Shown here: in pieces, positions 22,136 through 31,498 of the stretch
Layout: each line of letters begins with the position of its first letter
Position numbering within the stretch: position 1 is the first letter of the stretch
DNA from: an uncultured Verrucomicrobiae bacterium
Lineage (GTDB): Bacteria; Verrucomicrobiota; Verrucomicrobiia; Opitutales; JABDGR01
Assembly (NCBI GenBank): GCA_963765205.1
Contig: CAVXVB010000004.1
Coordinates: 96,001 to 160,000, forward strand
Length of the DNA: 64,000 bases
Reading direction: 5' to 3'
Made by a program: the position numbers and the translations under genes
The notes under the pieces: model-generated
The model's input: the letters and a program-made list of their open reading frames with translations, nothing else
Told to the model about the DNA's origin: nothing
Database searches by the model: none

Positions 22136-23150
22136 TCACGACCGGGAGATTAAGTAGCGCCGGAGGTAGTCGTCCTCGCAAGCGGTTACCAATTTTTTGC
22201 GCAGGCGGAAATTGATTATGCTCATCGGAGCATAAAACTTCAGTCGCCGCAAAAGATTCATGCCCACGATTCCCCCGCACGCCATCAGCAGCAAATTCAA
22301 GGTAAGTGGCAGGGCGCACACCAGAGGCATTATGATAAATGTCGTCAGCGGCAGGATATTCTGAATTAGCCCTTTGAGGTCCCCCAGCAAAAAAATCTGT
22401 CGCGCGGTCGCCAGGGCGGGCTTGCGCCGGGCCAGCACATCCACGGCAATGCCGAGGGAGGCGCAGGTCAGGACGAGCGCAAGTAAAACCGCCGCAAAAA
22501 ACAAGCAACGCCCATCCCTGGCCGGCTCATAAGCCCAGTCAACGATTAGAGCAAGACTCGTGAAAATAGAGCATATCAAGGAAACCACTTGCCAATAAAA
22601 CACCGGGCCGGTGTCGCGGGCCTTGGATATCCGGTAGCCTACGATTACGGTCTCCTGGATGGTCAGGTGTTCCCTGCGAAAGCACGCGGCGGCGGCGTGC
22701 GCATCGCCCAAATCAGCAAGTGCTGCGGCCTGTGCCGCCGGTTCAGTCGAGCCGTTGGCCAAATGCGTTTGCACGGCCGCAGCATAGTGGGCCTCGATTT
22801 CCGGCGACCCGCGCCTGGGCGGACGGCACCAGATTCCCGGTGGCGATCGCCAGCCATTCGGGAAGATTTTGGGGAATCAGCGTGGCCGCATCCTTGGTCG
22901 TGAGGAGTTTTAAGCGCGCGGCGGCGCGTTGCGCGTCGCCCAAATCCGCCAGCGCCGCGGCTTGCGCGTCCAATTCCGGCAAGCCTTTGGCCATAGAGGA
23001 CGCCGAGACCTCGGCGAAGTGCGTCTCGATGGCCTTGCGGAATTGCGCCTGTCTCGACGGCGCGAGGCCCCCGGTGGCGATTTCCAGCCAATCCAGCAGG
23101 CCTTGCGGCATTTGTCGGCGCGAGGATGATTTTGACAGGCCCAGGATCAT
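22136..23150 (-). pseudogene. HAAS/permease-prefix-like membrane protein with two N-terminal domains, paralog A (apparent frameshift near 22805)
   Basis: Two copies of the WLxIATG...AALADLGDA module; frame break in GTC GCC G GAA ATC GAG GCC CAC; tail FRLRKKL. Confidence 0.75.
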
Positions 23151-23461
23151 GTGGCCTCCTTTAATATCCCGCTGATGGCGCCGGAAAATTGCAGCCATTC
23201 CCGGCGTTCGCGCGCCAGGGCCTTGCGCCCTTTTTCGGCCAATCGGTAGTGGCGGCGCGAGCGGCCGTTCTCCTCGCAGACCGAGGAAGTGATCAGTTTT
23301 TTCGCCTCGAGGCCGTGCAAGGCCGGGTAAAGCGTGCCCTCCTTGAAATCCAGCACCCCCTTGGAGGACTGCTTGATCTCCTGGGCGATGCGGTAGCCGT
23401 GATTCGGCCCCCGGCTAAGGTTCTGCAAAATCAGGGTCGGCAAACTGCCTTTGAAGTTCAT
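23147..23461 (-). CDS. PadR-family transcriptional regulator
   Basis: LILQNLSRGPNHGYRIAQEI, EGTLYPALHGLE, RRHYRL..KGRKAL; ATGA overlap with paralog A. Confidence 0.93.
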   Translation of the reverse strand: MNFKGSLPTLILQNLSRGPNHGYRIAQEIKQSSKGVLDFKEGTLYPALHGLEAKKLITSSVCEENGRSRRHYRLAEKGRKALARERREWLQFSGAISGILKEAT

Positions 23462-23543
23462 AGGCCCGCACTCTACATCGAATCCCGATGCATCGGCAAG
23501 CATTATTTTTCGGCCTTTTGAATCCATGAGAAAAGACGGAATT

Positions 23544-23630
23544 AACCACGGAAGACACAGAGCACACGGAGTAAAATCAACTCGAAACTCGAAACTCGAA
23601 ACAAACTATCTCCGTGCCCTCCGTGGTTCC
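23544..23630. repeat. AACCACGG-type palindromic element enclosing an ACTCGAA heptamer triplet
   Basis: AACCACGGAAGACACAGAGCACACGGA ... (ACTCGAA)x3 ... TCCGTGCCCTCCGTGGTT. Confidence 0.6.
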
Positions 23631-23631
23631 A

Positions 23632-24726
23632 TCAATTCTTTCCGCCCGCCCTCTCCGTCAACGTCTTCAACTTCTCCGCCTTTTCCGCCTCCGCCAAGGC
23701 GGTGAGCAAATCGTCAATCTGGCCTTCCATGATGTTGGGGAGGTTGTGCGCGGTGAAGCCGATGCGGTGGTCGGTGACGCGCGATTGCGGGAAATTGTAG
23801 GTGCGGATGCGCTCCGAGCGGTCGCCAGTGCCGATTTGCGCCTTGCGCTGCGCGGAGTATTTCGCGGCCTCCTCGTCCTGCTTGCGCTCAAGCAGCCGCG
23901 CGCGCAGCACCTTCAGCGCCTTGGCCTTGTTCTTGAGCTGCGAGCGTTCGTCCGCGCATTTCACGATGAGGCCGGTGGGCTTGTGGATGATTTGCACCGC
24001 CGAGTCCGTGGTGTTCACACCCTGGCCGCCGGGGCCGCTCGCGCGCGCGACGGTGATTTCGAGTTCGTCCGGGCTGATTTGCACATCCACCTCCTGCGCC
24101 TCGGGTAGCACGGCGACGGTGATCGTCGAGGTGTGGATGCGGCCGTTGGCCTCCGTCGCGGGCACGCGCTGGACGCGGTGGACGCCGCTCTCCCATTTCA
24201 GCGTGCGGTAAACATTGTCGCCGGTGATGAGGAACGCGACGTCCTTGACCCCCCCGGCTTCCGACGGGCTGGAGTCGAGCGACTCGACCTTCCAGCCGTG
24301 CGTTTCGGCGTAGCGGGTGTAGAGGCGCGCCATTTCGGCGGCGAAGAGCGAGGCTTCGTCGCCCCCGGTGCCGGCGCGGATTTCGACGATGGTGTTGCGC
24401 GCGTCGGCCGGGTCGGGCGGAATCATGGCGAGCATGACCTGCTCGTGCAGCTTGGGCAAATCGGCGCGCAGGGTGACGAGCTCCTCCTCTGCCAGCGTGC
24501 GCAAATCCGCGTCGGAAGCCGGGTCGGCCAGCAAGGCCTCGTGCTCGGCGATGGAGTCGGCGGCGTGCTTGAGCTTCGCGTGCAACTCAATGAGTTCGGT
24601 GAGGTTTTGGCGCTCGCGCCCCACTTCCGCCGCGTGCCGCTGGTTCGAGTAAAAGTCAGGCGCCGCCATCAGCGCGTCGAGTTCGACGAGGCGCTTGGCA
24701 AAGGACTCGATGGGCGGAACATCCAT
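23632..24726 (-). CDS. prfA: Peptide chain release factor 1
   Basis: EIRAGTGGDEA, HRVQRVPAT (PxT motif), GPGGQGVN, RTYNFPQ. Confidence 0.97.
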   Translation of the reverse strand: MDVPPIESFAKRLVELDALMAAPDFYSNQRHAAEVGRERQNLTELIELHAKLKHAADSIAEHEALLADPASDADLRTLAEEELVTLRADLPKLHEQVMLAMIPPDPADARNTIVEIRAGTGGDEASLFAAEMARLYTRYAETHGWKVESLDSSPSEAGGVKDVAFLITGDNVYRTLKWESGVHRVQRVPATEANGRIHTSTITVAVLPEAQEVDVQISPDELEITVARASGPGGQGVNTTDSAVQIIHKPTGLIVKCADERSQLKNKAKALKVLRARLLERKQDEEAAKYSAQRKAQIGTGDRSERIRTYNFPQSRVTDHRIGFTAHNLPNIMEGQIDDLLTALAEAEKAEKLKTLTERAGGKN

Positions 24727-24733
24727 GGGAAGG

Positions 24734-24824
24734 TGCTGATTTCTGAATGCTGAATGCTGAATTCTGAATTCTGAGTGCGGAGTGCGGAGTGCGGAGTGCG
24801 GAATGCGGAATGCGGAATGCGGAA
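24734..24824. repeat. Heptamer tandem array, 13 units, directly upstream of prfA start
   Basis: TGCTGAT TTCTGAA TGCTGAA TGCTGAA TTCTGAA TTCTGAG (TGCGGAG)x3 (TGCGGAA)x4. Confidence 0.9.
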
Positions 24825-24990
24825 TTCCGGCAAGCCCGGCACGTTAGCGGAAATTCTCCGCAGTGGGAAGCCTGCGGTTTTTTGGGCCTAGGAAGCGGCG
24901 GATATTATTGCACTGTTGGGCGCCTATGAATAGACGGCATAAAAATGCCATCTTGCAAAGATGGCCATTTAAGTGATAAATTTTTCGATC

Positions 24991-25257
24991 ATGGGCTCGC
25001 GCTTATCTAAATGGATAAAATATGTCATATGATTTCTAATTGGATACTTAGGGCTGTATTTCGTTTTGATGAATCGCTCTTGCCCAGCTCTGAACCACTC
25101 TGGTGTTCCAATATTTAAAAGTTCCTTTCGATTTGGTTCAGGGCAGAGACTCCGGGGTGATATGTCGATTTATTGTGGCTCGGTCAGTTCGTTTAATTAT
25201 GTCTTTTACCCGCTCGATTACGTTTATTGGGGCGGCCACCCAGAAGAGGACAACTGA
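24991..25257 (+). pseudogene. AT-rich small membrane-anchored ORF with in-frame TGA at 25030
   Basis: MGSRLSKWIKYVI*FLIGYLGLYFVLMNR... continues in the same frame to 25257. Confidence 0.4.
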
Positions 25258-25334
25258 GGGATTTTTTGGGCCAAGCTACACTACTACCGTTTTTTGTTTT
25301 AAGGTGGGCGTGAGTCGTTTAAGCTGGCCGCGTT

Positions 25335-26366
25335 ATGTCCGAAACCGACAGCACGTTGCACAGCCGCGAAGTGGTCGCCGTCGTCTGGGATTTCGACAAA
25401 ACCCTCGTCCCCGGCTACATGCAGGCGCCGTTGTTCGAGCATTTCGGCGTGGATGACCGGCAGTTTTGGACCGAGGTCAACAAGCTGCCGGAAATTTACG
25501 CGCGGCGCGGCATCCATGCCTCGAAGGACACGATTTACCTCAACCACTTGCTGAGTTATGTGCGCAACGGCCCCATGCGCGGCTTGAACAACAAATTGCT
25601 CCGCGAATTGGGCGCGAAGCTACAATTTTTCCCCGGCTTGCCGAAGTTGTTCGAGGAACTGCGGGAGGTCGCGCGCGGGCGCCCGGAGTTCGTCCGCCAC
25701 GAAATCGGCCTCGAACACTACATCATCAGCACCGGCCTCGCGGAAATGATCCGCGGCAGCGCCCTCGCGCCATATGTGGACGGCATCTACGGCTGCGAAT
25801 TCGTCGAGAACCCCCTCCCGCCGAACTTCAGCCGGCAGGACGAACTGGCCCTCGACGGCGCGGATTGGGAGATCGCGCAGATCGGCGTCATGGTGGACAA
25901 CACGATCAAGACGCGCTTCATCTTCGAGATCAACAAAGGCTCGAACAAAAACCCCGCGATTGACGTGAACGCCGTCGTGCGGCCCGAGGACCGGCGCGTG
26001 CCGATCAAGAACATGATTTACATCGCCGACGGCCCGAGCGACGTGCCGGTGTTTTCGGTGGTGCGGCGCGGCGGCGGGCAGACGTATGCGGTTTACGACC
26101 CGGCGAACCCCGCCGAATTTGCGCAGAACGACGGCCTGCTGCAAACCGGGCGCATCCACGCCTACGGCCCTGCCGATTACCGCCCCGAAAGCAGCACCGC
26201 GCTCTGGCTCAAGATGCACGTCCGTTCGATTTGCGACCGCATCGTGCGCGAGCGCGAGGGCGCGGTCTCCGCCCGGGTCACCGCCCCGCCGCGCCACCTA
26301 CACCCGCCGCCGACCGCCCCCGCGCCGGCGAAGTCGCGCCAGCACGAATTGTTCGGGGAACGGTAA
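25335..26366 (+). CDS. HAD-superfamily hydrolase
   Basis: WDFDKTL (motif I), [15 protein letters not shown]. Confidence 0.85.
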   Translation: MSETDSTLHSREVVAVVWDFDKTLVPGYMQAPLFEHFGVDDRQFWTEVNKLPEIYARRGIHASKDTIYLNHLLSYVRNGPMRGLNNKLLRELGAKLQFFPGLPKLFEELREVARGRPEFVRHEIGLEHYIISTGLAEMIRGSALAPYVDGIYGCEFVENPLPPNFSRQDELALDGADWEIAQIGVMVDNTIKTRFIFEINKGSNKNPAIDVNAVVRPEDRRVPIKNMIYIADGPSDVPVFSVVRRGGGQTYAVYDPANPAEFAQNDGLLQTGRIHAYGPADYRPESSTALWLKMHVRSICDRIVREREGAVSARVTAPPRHLHPPPTAPAPAKSRQHELFGER

Positions 26367-26521
26367 AATCGGCCATTTTGTTTTCGGCATGGACAAACGG
26401 CGCGGATTGTGTCGAATAAGGGGTGACACCTTGGGCCAGCTTGCCCCAAGCGCGCACGGGAATACCCAGGCCGACGCCTTTTGGTCAGCCCGGGCGCGGA
26501 TCCTACCCCTCCGCTATTCCC

Positions 26522-28084
26522 ATGAATCAGACCTTGCGTCAAGGCGCCAGGTGGGCGCTCGTTTTGATTGGTTTGGCTTTGGCCGCCAGTCTCGTTATCC
26601 GTGCGGTCGATGCGTCCGCCGCTGCGACTCCGGCTCCGGCGGCCACGACGGCGACCGCTCCGACCGACCCGGCCAAGGCCAATGTCGAGCAGCGGCTCGC
26701 GGCCCTCGAAGCCTATTTCGCCAACTCCGATCCCTCGGCGGCTTTGCAGAATTCGAACGGCGGGCCGGCCGCGCCGCCGGTGGGCGTTCCCGGCCCCGGG
26801 CATAATGCGTGGATGATGGTCAGCGCCGCGCTGGTTTTGTTCATGACGCTGCCGGGCCTTGCGCTGTTTTACGGCGGGTTGGTACGCAGCAAGAATGTGC
26901 TCTCGGTCATGGCGCAATGCCTGGGCATCGCGGGCCTCGTGACGATTTTGTGGTGGGCCGTCGGCTACAGCCTGGTGTTTGGGATCAGTTTTTCGAATCA
27001 ACCATGGGGGCCGTTTTTGGGCGGGTCGGAGTATTTCTTCCTGCATGGCGTGGATTCCGCGCCGAATCCGGCCTACGGCGCGTGGGTTTCGCAAAATGTG
27101 TTTGCTATGTATCAGCTCATGTTCGCCATCATCACCCCCGCCCTGATTGTCGGCGCGATTGCCGAACGCATGAAATTCAAAGCCATTTTGGTTTTTATGA
27201 CGCTCTGGATGCTGTTGGTTTATTTTCCCCTCGCGCACATGGTCTGGGGCGCGACGGGTTTTATGAGTGGCGTGGGCAACCCGAAGGCGGGGATCACCGC
27301 GATGGACTTTGCGGGTGGGACGGTGGTGCATATGTCGTCAGGGTGGTCGGCGCTGATTCTATGCCTCATCATCGGGCCGCGCCAGGGCCATGCGCGCACT
27401 CACATGGCGCCGCACAGCCTCGTGTTGTGTATGGTCGGCACGGGGATGCTCTGGGTCGGTTGGTATGGTTTCAACGCGGGCAGCGCCGTCGCCGCCGACG
27501 GGATTGCCGCCAATGCCTTCATGACCACCACGCTGGCGACGGCGGTGGCCTCTTTTACCTGGGGGATGATCGAAATGTTTTTCCGCGGCAAGGCCAGCGT
27601 GCTGGGTTTTTGCTCCGGCGCGGTGGCCGGCCTGGTCGTCATCACCCCCGCCTGCGGTTTTGTGAACGCCACCGGCGCGGTTATCATTGGCGTCTGCGCC
27701 GCCGTGATTCCATTTCTGGCCTGCACGAAGCTCAAGCCCGCCCTCAAGTATGATGATGCGCTGGACACTTTTGGCGTCCACGCGATTGGCGGGACGTTGG
27801 GCGCGCTGCTGACCGGCGTGCTCGCGGTGTCCGCCGTCAACGCGAACATCGGCCCGGCTGGGACGGCGGCCTCGGTCAACGGTCTGGCCGCCCATGTGGC
27901 CAACTACACGGCGTGGATCGCGCAACTGGAGGCGATGGCCGTCACGCTTGCGCTGGCCGTGGTGATGACCGTGATCATCGCCTACGTGACCAAAGCCCTC
28001 GTCGGCCTGCGGCCCAGCCTCGAAGCCGAATCACAAGGCCTCGACATCACCGACCACGGCGAAGAAGGCTACGTGCTCGAGTAG
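26522..28084 (+). CDS. amtB: Ammonium transporter
   Basis: LVLFMTLPGLALFYGG, DFAGGTVVH, GWYGFNAGS, DDALDTFGVH (both pore His present). Confidence 0.96.
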   Translation: MNQTLRQGARWALVLIGLALAASLVIRAVDASAAATPAPAATTATAPTDPAKANVEQRLAALEAYFANSDPSAALQNSNGGPAAPPVGVPGPGHNAWMMVSAALVLFMTLPGLALFYGGLVRSKNVLSVMAQCLGIAGLVTILWWAVGYSLVFGISFSNQPWGPFLGGSEYFFLHGVDSAPNPAYGAWVSQNVFAMYQLMFAIITPALIVGAIAERMKFKAILVFMTLWMLLVYFPLAHMVWGATGFMSGVGNPKAGITAMDFAGGTVVHMSSGWSALILCLIIGPRQGHARTHMAPHSLVLCMVGTGMLWVGWYGFNAGSAVAADGIAANAFMTTTLATAVASFTWGMIEMFFRGKASVLGFCSGAVAGLVVITPACGFVNATGAVIIGVCAAVIPFLACTKLKPALKYDDALDTFGVHAIGGTLGALLTGVLAVSAVNANIGPAGTAASVNGLAAHVANYTAWIAQLEAMAVTLALAVVMTVIIAYVTKALVGLRPSLEAESQGLDITDHGEEGYVLE

Positions 28085-28154
28085 CGCGGGGGTGGATCGC
28101 ACTTGCTTCGCAGTGAAAGTCAACGCCTGGGGCTGTATTTTAAAAATCCAAAAC

Positions 28155-28237
28155 AACCACGGATGACACGGATACGTTTCACCTGCGCATCCGCTACTTT
28201 GATTGCTTTATCCGTGCTATCCGTGTCATCCGTGGTG
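28155..28237. repeat. AACCACGG-type palindromic element with 9-bp subunits
   Basis: AACCACGGATGACACGGATAC ... ATCCGTGCTATCCGTGTCATCCGTGGT between convergent amtB and folE2. Confidence 0.65.
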
Positions 28238-28255
28238 TAATTTATAAAACGCATC

Positions 28256-29243
28256 CTAACACACCAAGCTCCCAAAATCGGTAAAGCTCGCATCGAACCC
28301 GCCAGGCAGGCCTTTGGCGATGACGGCGACGGCGTCGTGCGAGTGGAGGGATTCGAGGTGCGCGCAGGCGATCTGGAAGTCGCGGATGCGGCGGTCGGCG
28401 TCCAGGCGTTCGTAGAGCAAGCGCGCGGCGTCCTCGACGAACTTCGGGAACGCGCCGTTGAGTTCGGCGAAGGCCTGCTCGTCCTCGCGGCGCACGAAGA
28501 CCTGGGTCTCCGTGTGGAGGGCGGCGAGGCAGTGCTCATGCAAATCCTCAATGGCAAGCGAGGCGCCGGGCGGCACCTCGATGCTCAGGCGCGCCTTGCT
28601 GCGCTGCGAGTGCGGGATGCCGTAGGCGTGGCGTGCGTCGCGGGCGTGCTCGGTCAGCTCGGCGGAGCAGGGGCAGGCGGACGAATAGACGAAATCGAAA
28701 TGAATGAATTTGCGGAACCAGTTCAGGTCGCAAATCGCACCCTCGAAGGCGACCTGGTAGTATTGGTAGCCGGCCAGTCCGCTGCGCAGGCTCGGGCGCA
28801 GCAACGGGTAGTTGAAAGCCAGGCGCAGCCGCCCGCGCGTGGTTTGCAGTTCCTTTTTGTAGCGCAGCAGCACTTCCTCGAGCAGCTCGGGCGAGAAGAC
28901 GCGGTCCTTGAATTCGTAAAAAACCCGCATCAGGCGCGACATGTTGATGCCCTTTTGCTCCGCCCCCAGCGCCACGGTGCCGGTAACGGAGGTTTCGAGC
29001 GAAACCTGCTCGCAGACGGCCGTCAGGTAGCGCAGCGGCAGGCGGAAGCCCGCGATGCCCACCTGGAGGATGGGCACCTGCGCGCCCTGGATGTCGGCAA
29101 CGGTGCCGTTTTGCACGTCGGGCAGGCTGGCGCGGTAACCCGGCGTGACGCGGAAATCGGCGTCGTATTGCCGGCGCAGCGCGGGCGGGGGGGGGAGTGG
29201 GCGCGGTCGAACCCGGCGCGGAAGTTGTTTCTTTCTGGCTCAT
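28256..29243 (-). CDS. folE2: GTP cyclohydrolase IB, with apparent +1 frameshift in a C9 tract at 29187-29195
   Basis: [41 protein letters not shown] at 29243 is in frame only if C9 is C8. Confidence 0.9.
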
Positions 29244-29462
29244 GGGAAAAGAGAGGGGCGCGAGGGAATGACGTTAGAGGGTGGGGCGGCGGGTGTCAAA
29301 TGTAAGACGGGGGTGCGTGCGGTGGGGGGCAGGGCCATGCGTTTTTAACCCGTCAATTTTTTTGGGTTTGAGGGTGTGACAACAAACAGAGGCACGAAAG
29401 AGCCGGCGGAATTGGTTGGATTCATGCCGCGCAGTATAATCGAAAACGAGAAAGCTGTCCAT

Positions 29463-29510
29463 GGTTCGGTTGGCTGCGTTGGATAGGTTGGTTGGGTTGG
29501 ATCGGTTGGG
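29463..29510. repeat. Degenerate 9-mer tandem repeat (GGTTGGNNN)
   Basis: GGTTGGCTG CGTTGGATA GGTTGGTTG GGTTGGATC GGTTGGG. Confidence 0.55.
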
Positions 29511-29607
29511 TGAAAATTCAGAAACCGATCATTTTTTGCCGGAAACCTCAGCCATATCACCGAAAATAGGAATGACTTTCCCCGGCGCGGGATTAAAATT
29601 GGCGATT

Positions 29608-29937
29608 ATGAATACTCTCTCTCGCCGGAAAACTTTCGCAAACGCTCTTCCGCAAGCGGGGCGTTTTTGGCTGGCATGGTGTCTGGCTGTGGCGGGTCTG
29701 ATGCTGGGCGGATGCTCCACCGTCAGTGCGACCAAGCCGGTGGGCGACGCGCCGGTGCAGCTCGACGCGAAGGAGTGGGAGGGTGTGTGGATCGCCGAAA
29801 ACAGCAAAGACCTCGGCCCGCTCATCGTCAAGGTGGCGGACGCCGCGCTGGGCGAATTGCAAGTTTCCTCGCTGGACACCGGCGACGACGGGAAATTGAC
29901 CCTCCAAACCGTCCTCGCCCAGGCGCGGTCACCATGA
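29608..29937 (+). pseudogene. Lipoprotein gene truncated by a deletion junction at about 29922
   Basis: Lipobox MLGGC; the last codons are antisense sequence of the TMTC-like gene. Confidence 0.65.
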
Positions 29938-29958
29938 CTTCCTTGCAGAACATGCCTA

Positions 29959-30813
29959 GAGGCTGTCCGAAAAGTAGGCCAGTCGGCATGGAAGGTGCTT
30001 TCGGAGTGGGATGTTTATAACTGACAAACAATGGGAGATTATAAGTCCTGTGTTGCAACGGCCCAAGCGCAGCGTGTTTGGGCGGCCCCGGGCCAACGAG
30101 CGGGAGGTGTTCGAAGCCATCCTGTTCATGCTGCACACGGGCATGCCGTGGAAGCTGCTGCCACGCAGCTTTCCCCCCAAGTCCACCGTGCATGACTACC
30201 TGCAACAGTGGAGCCAGTCGCGGGCCTTCCGCATGCTGTTCGCCCAAGTTATCCGGCACTTGATTGAGGTTGGGCGCATCGATGTGGAAGAATGCTTCGT
30301 GGACGCCACCTTTGCGGCGGCCAAGGGCGGTGGTGACGCCGTGGGGCTGTCGCCCAAGGGCAAGGGCACGAAGGTGCAGTTAGTCGTTGATGGGCAAGGC
30401 ATTCCGCTGGCGCTGTCGGTGGACGCCTCTGGCGTTCCCGAACACGACATGGTGCAGCAAACGCTCGACTTGGGCCAGCCCGAGGCCCAGCCGCAACGCC
30501 TCATCGGCGACAAGGCTTACGACGTGGATGAACTGGACGAAACCCTCGCCGAACTGGGCATCGAAATGATCGCCCCGCACCGCAAAAACCGCCGGCCCGA
30601 AAACGTCACCCAGGACGGACGACCGCGGCGCCGCTACCGCCGCCGCTGGAGAGTCGAACGCACCATCGCCTGGCTGGGCTATCACCGTCGTTTGCTCACC
30701 CGCTGGGAAAAACACGCTTCGCTCTTCTGCGCTTTTGCCACGCTCGGCTGCCTCATGATCGCGCTACGTCATCTGCCCATCACTTGACCAAAGCAGACTT
30801 TTCGGACAGCCTC
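29959..30813 (+). mobile_element. IS5-family insertion sequence (855 bp)
   Basis: Perfect 17-bp TIRs GAGGCTGTCCGAAAAGT; flanked by TA (in CTAG context); single transposase ORF. Confidence 0.93.
30011..30787 (+). CDS. IS5-family DDE transposase
   Basis: TDKQWEII, TGMPWKLLP, FVDAT, IGDKAYD, RWRVERTIAWL. Confidence 0.95.
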   Translation: MFITDKQWEIISPVLQRPKRSVFGRPRANEREVFEAILFMLHTGMPWKLLPRSFPPKSTVHDYLQQWSQSRAFRMLFAQVIRHLIEVGRIDVEECFVDATFAAAKGGGDAVGLSPKGKGTKVQLVVDGQGIPLALSVDASGVPEHDMVQQTLDLGQPEAQPQRLIGDKAYDVDELDETLAELGIEMIAPHRKNRRPENVTQDGRPRRRYRRRWRVERTIAWLGYHRRLLTRWEKHASLFCAFATLGCLMIALRHLPIT

Positions 30814-31498
30814 TAGCAGGCACGCCACAACCGAGCCAGCCAGCCAGAATTTGGCAGTTTTTGCGGCCAGCGCGCGCGCAAAGCAATACAATGTCAGTAA
30901 ATAGAACAAACCCATCAGCGACTCGACCCGCTGCACCAGATACGTCACCGCGTCCGACTGCAGGGGATGCAGGACCCAGAGCAAAGCCGCGGCCAGCGCC
31001 ACCGGCACTGTCCGTCCCGCGAAGAACATGCGCAGCTTCGGCAACTCAAGCGTGCGCCGCACCAGCCCAAACAACGCCAGCCCCGCGAGCAGATGAATCA
31101 CCACGTTGACCACATGGTAACTCCAGACCTGGTAACCGCTCAGCTCGTAATTCAGCGCGAAGGTCAAGTTGGCCAGGGGCCGGCCTGTGACTGTGGCGCC
31201 GTCGAGCGGGGGCTGCAACGCCGCCAGCCAGCCGTGCTGGATGCTCGGATTATTGAGGATGGAAAACTGATCGTCGTAAACAAACGCCCCGCCCAGGCTG
31301 TTGCCATAGGCGGCGGCGCCCGCGGCGACGATGAGGGCCGCCGCCCACCCAACTGCGGGGCGCGCCAAGCCCGCCGATGGCGCGCGGGGGGATTGGTCTG
31401 TGGCCGCGGATTCCGACATGGGGAAGTGCCCCTTCTTTACCGGCCTTCGTGGCACGGCGCAATCCCGCTGTTCAACGACGGCGGAAACACCGGCGTGC

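Larger units (their letters stand above)
29922..31419 (-). pseudogene. TMTC-like GT-C/TPR protein, third paralog, IS-interrupted and 3'-deleted
   Basis: MSESAATD...FVYDD...HPLQSDAVTYLVQRVESLMG...VVACLL, then IS, then GMFCKEVMVTA, then break. Confidence 0.88.

Noticed and set aside
19773..23461. Diversity-generating retroelement or integron behind the variable array
   Set aside because: No reverse transcriptase, no template/variable repeat pair with A-specific differences, and no integrase or attC sites seen.
24734..24824. CRISPR array
   Set aside because: Contiguous 7-bp units without spacers; no cas genes. No repeat-spacer array was seen anywhere in the window.
26370..26521. Sigma-54 promoter for amtB
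   Set aside because: No correctly spaced TGGCAC-N5-TTGC motif found.
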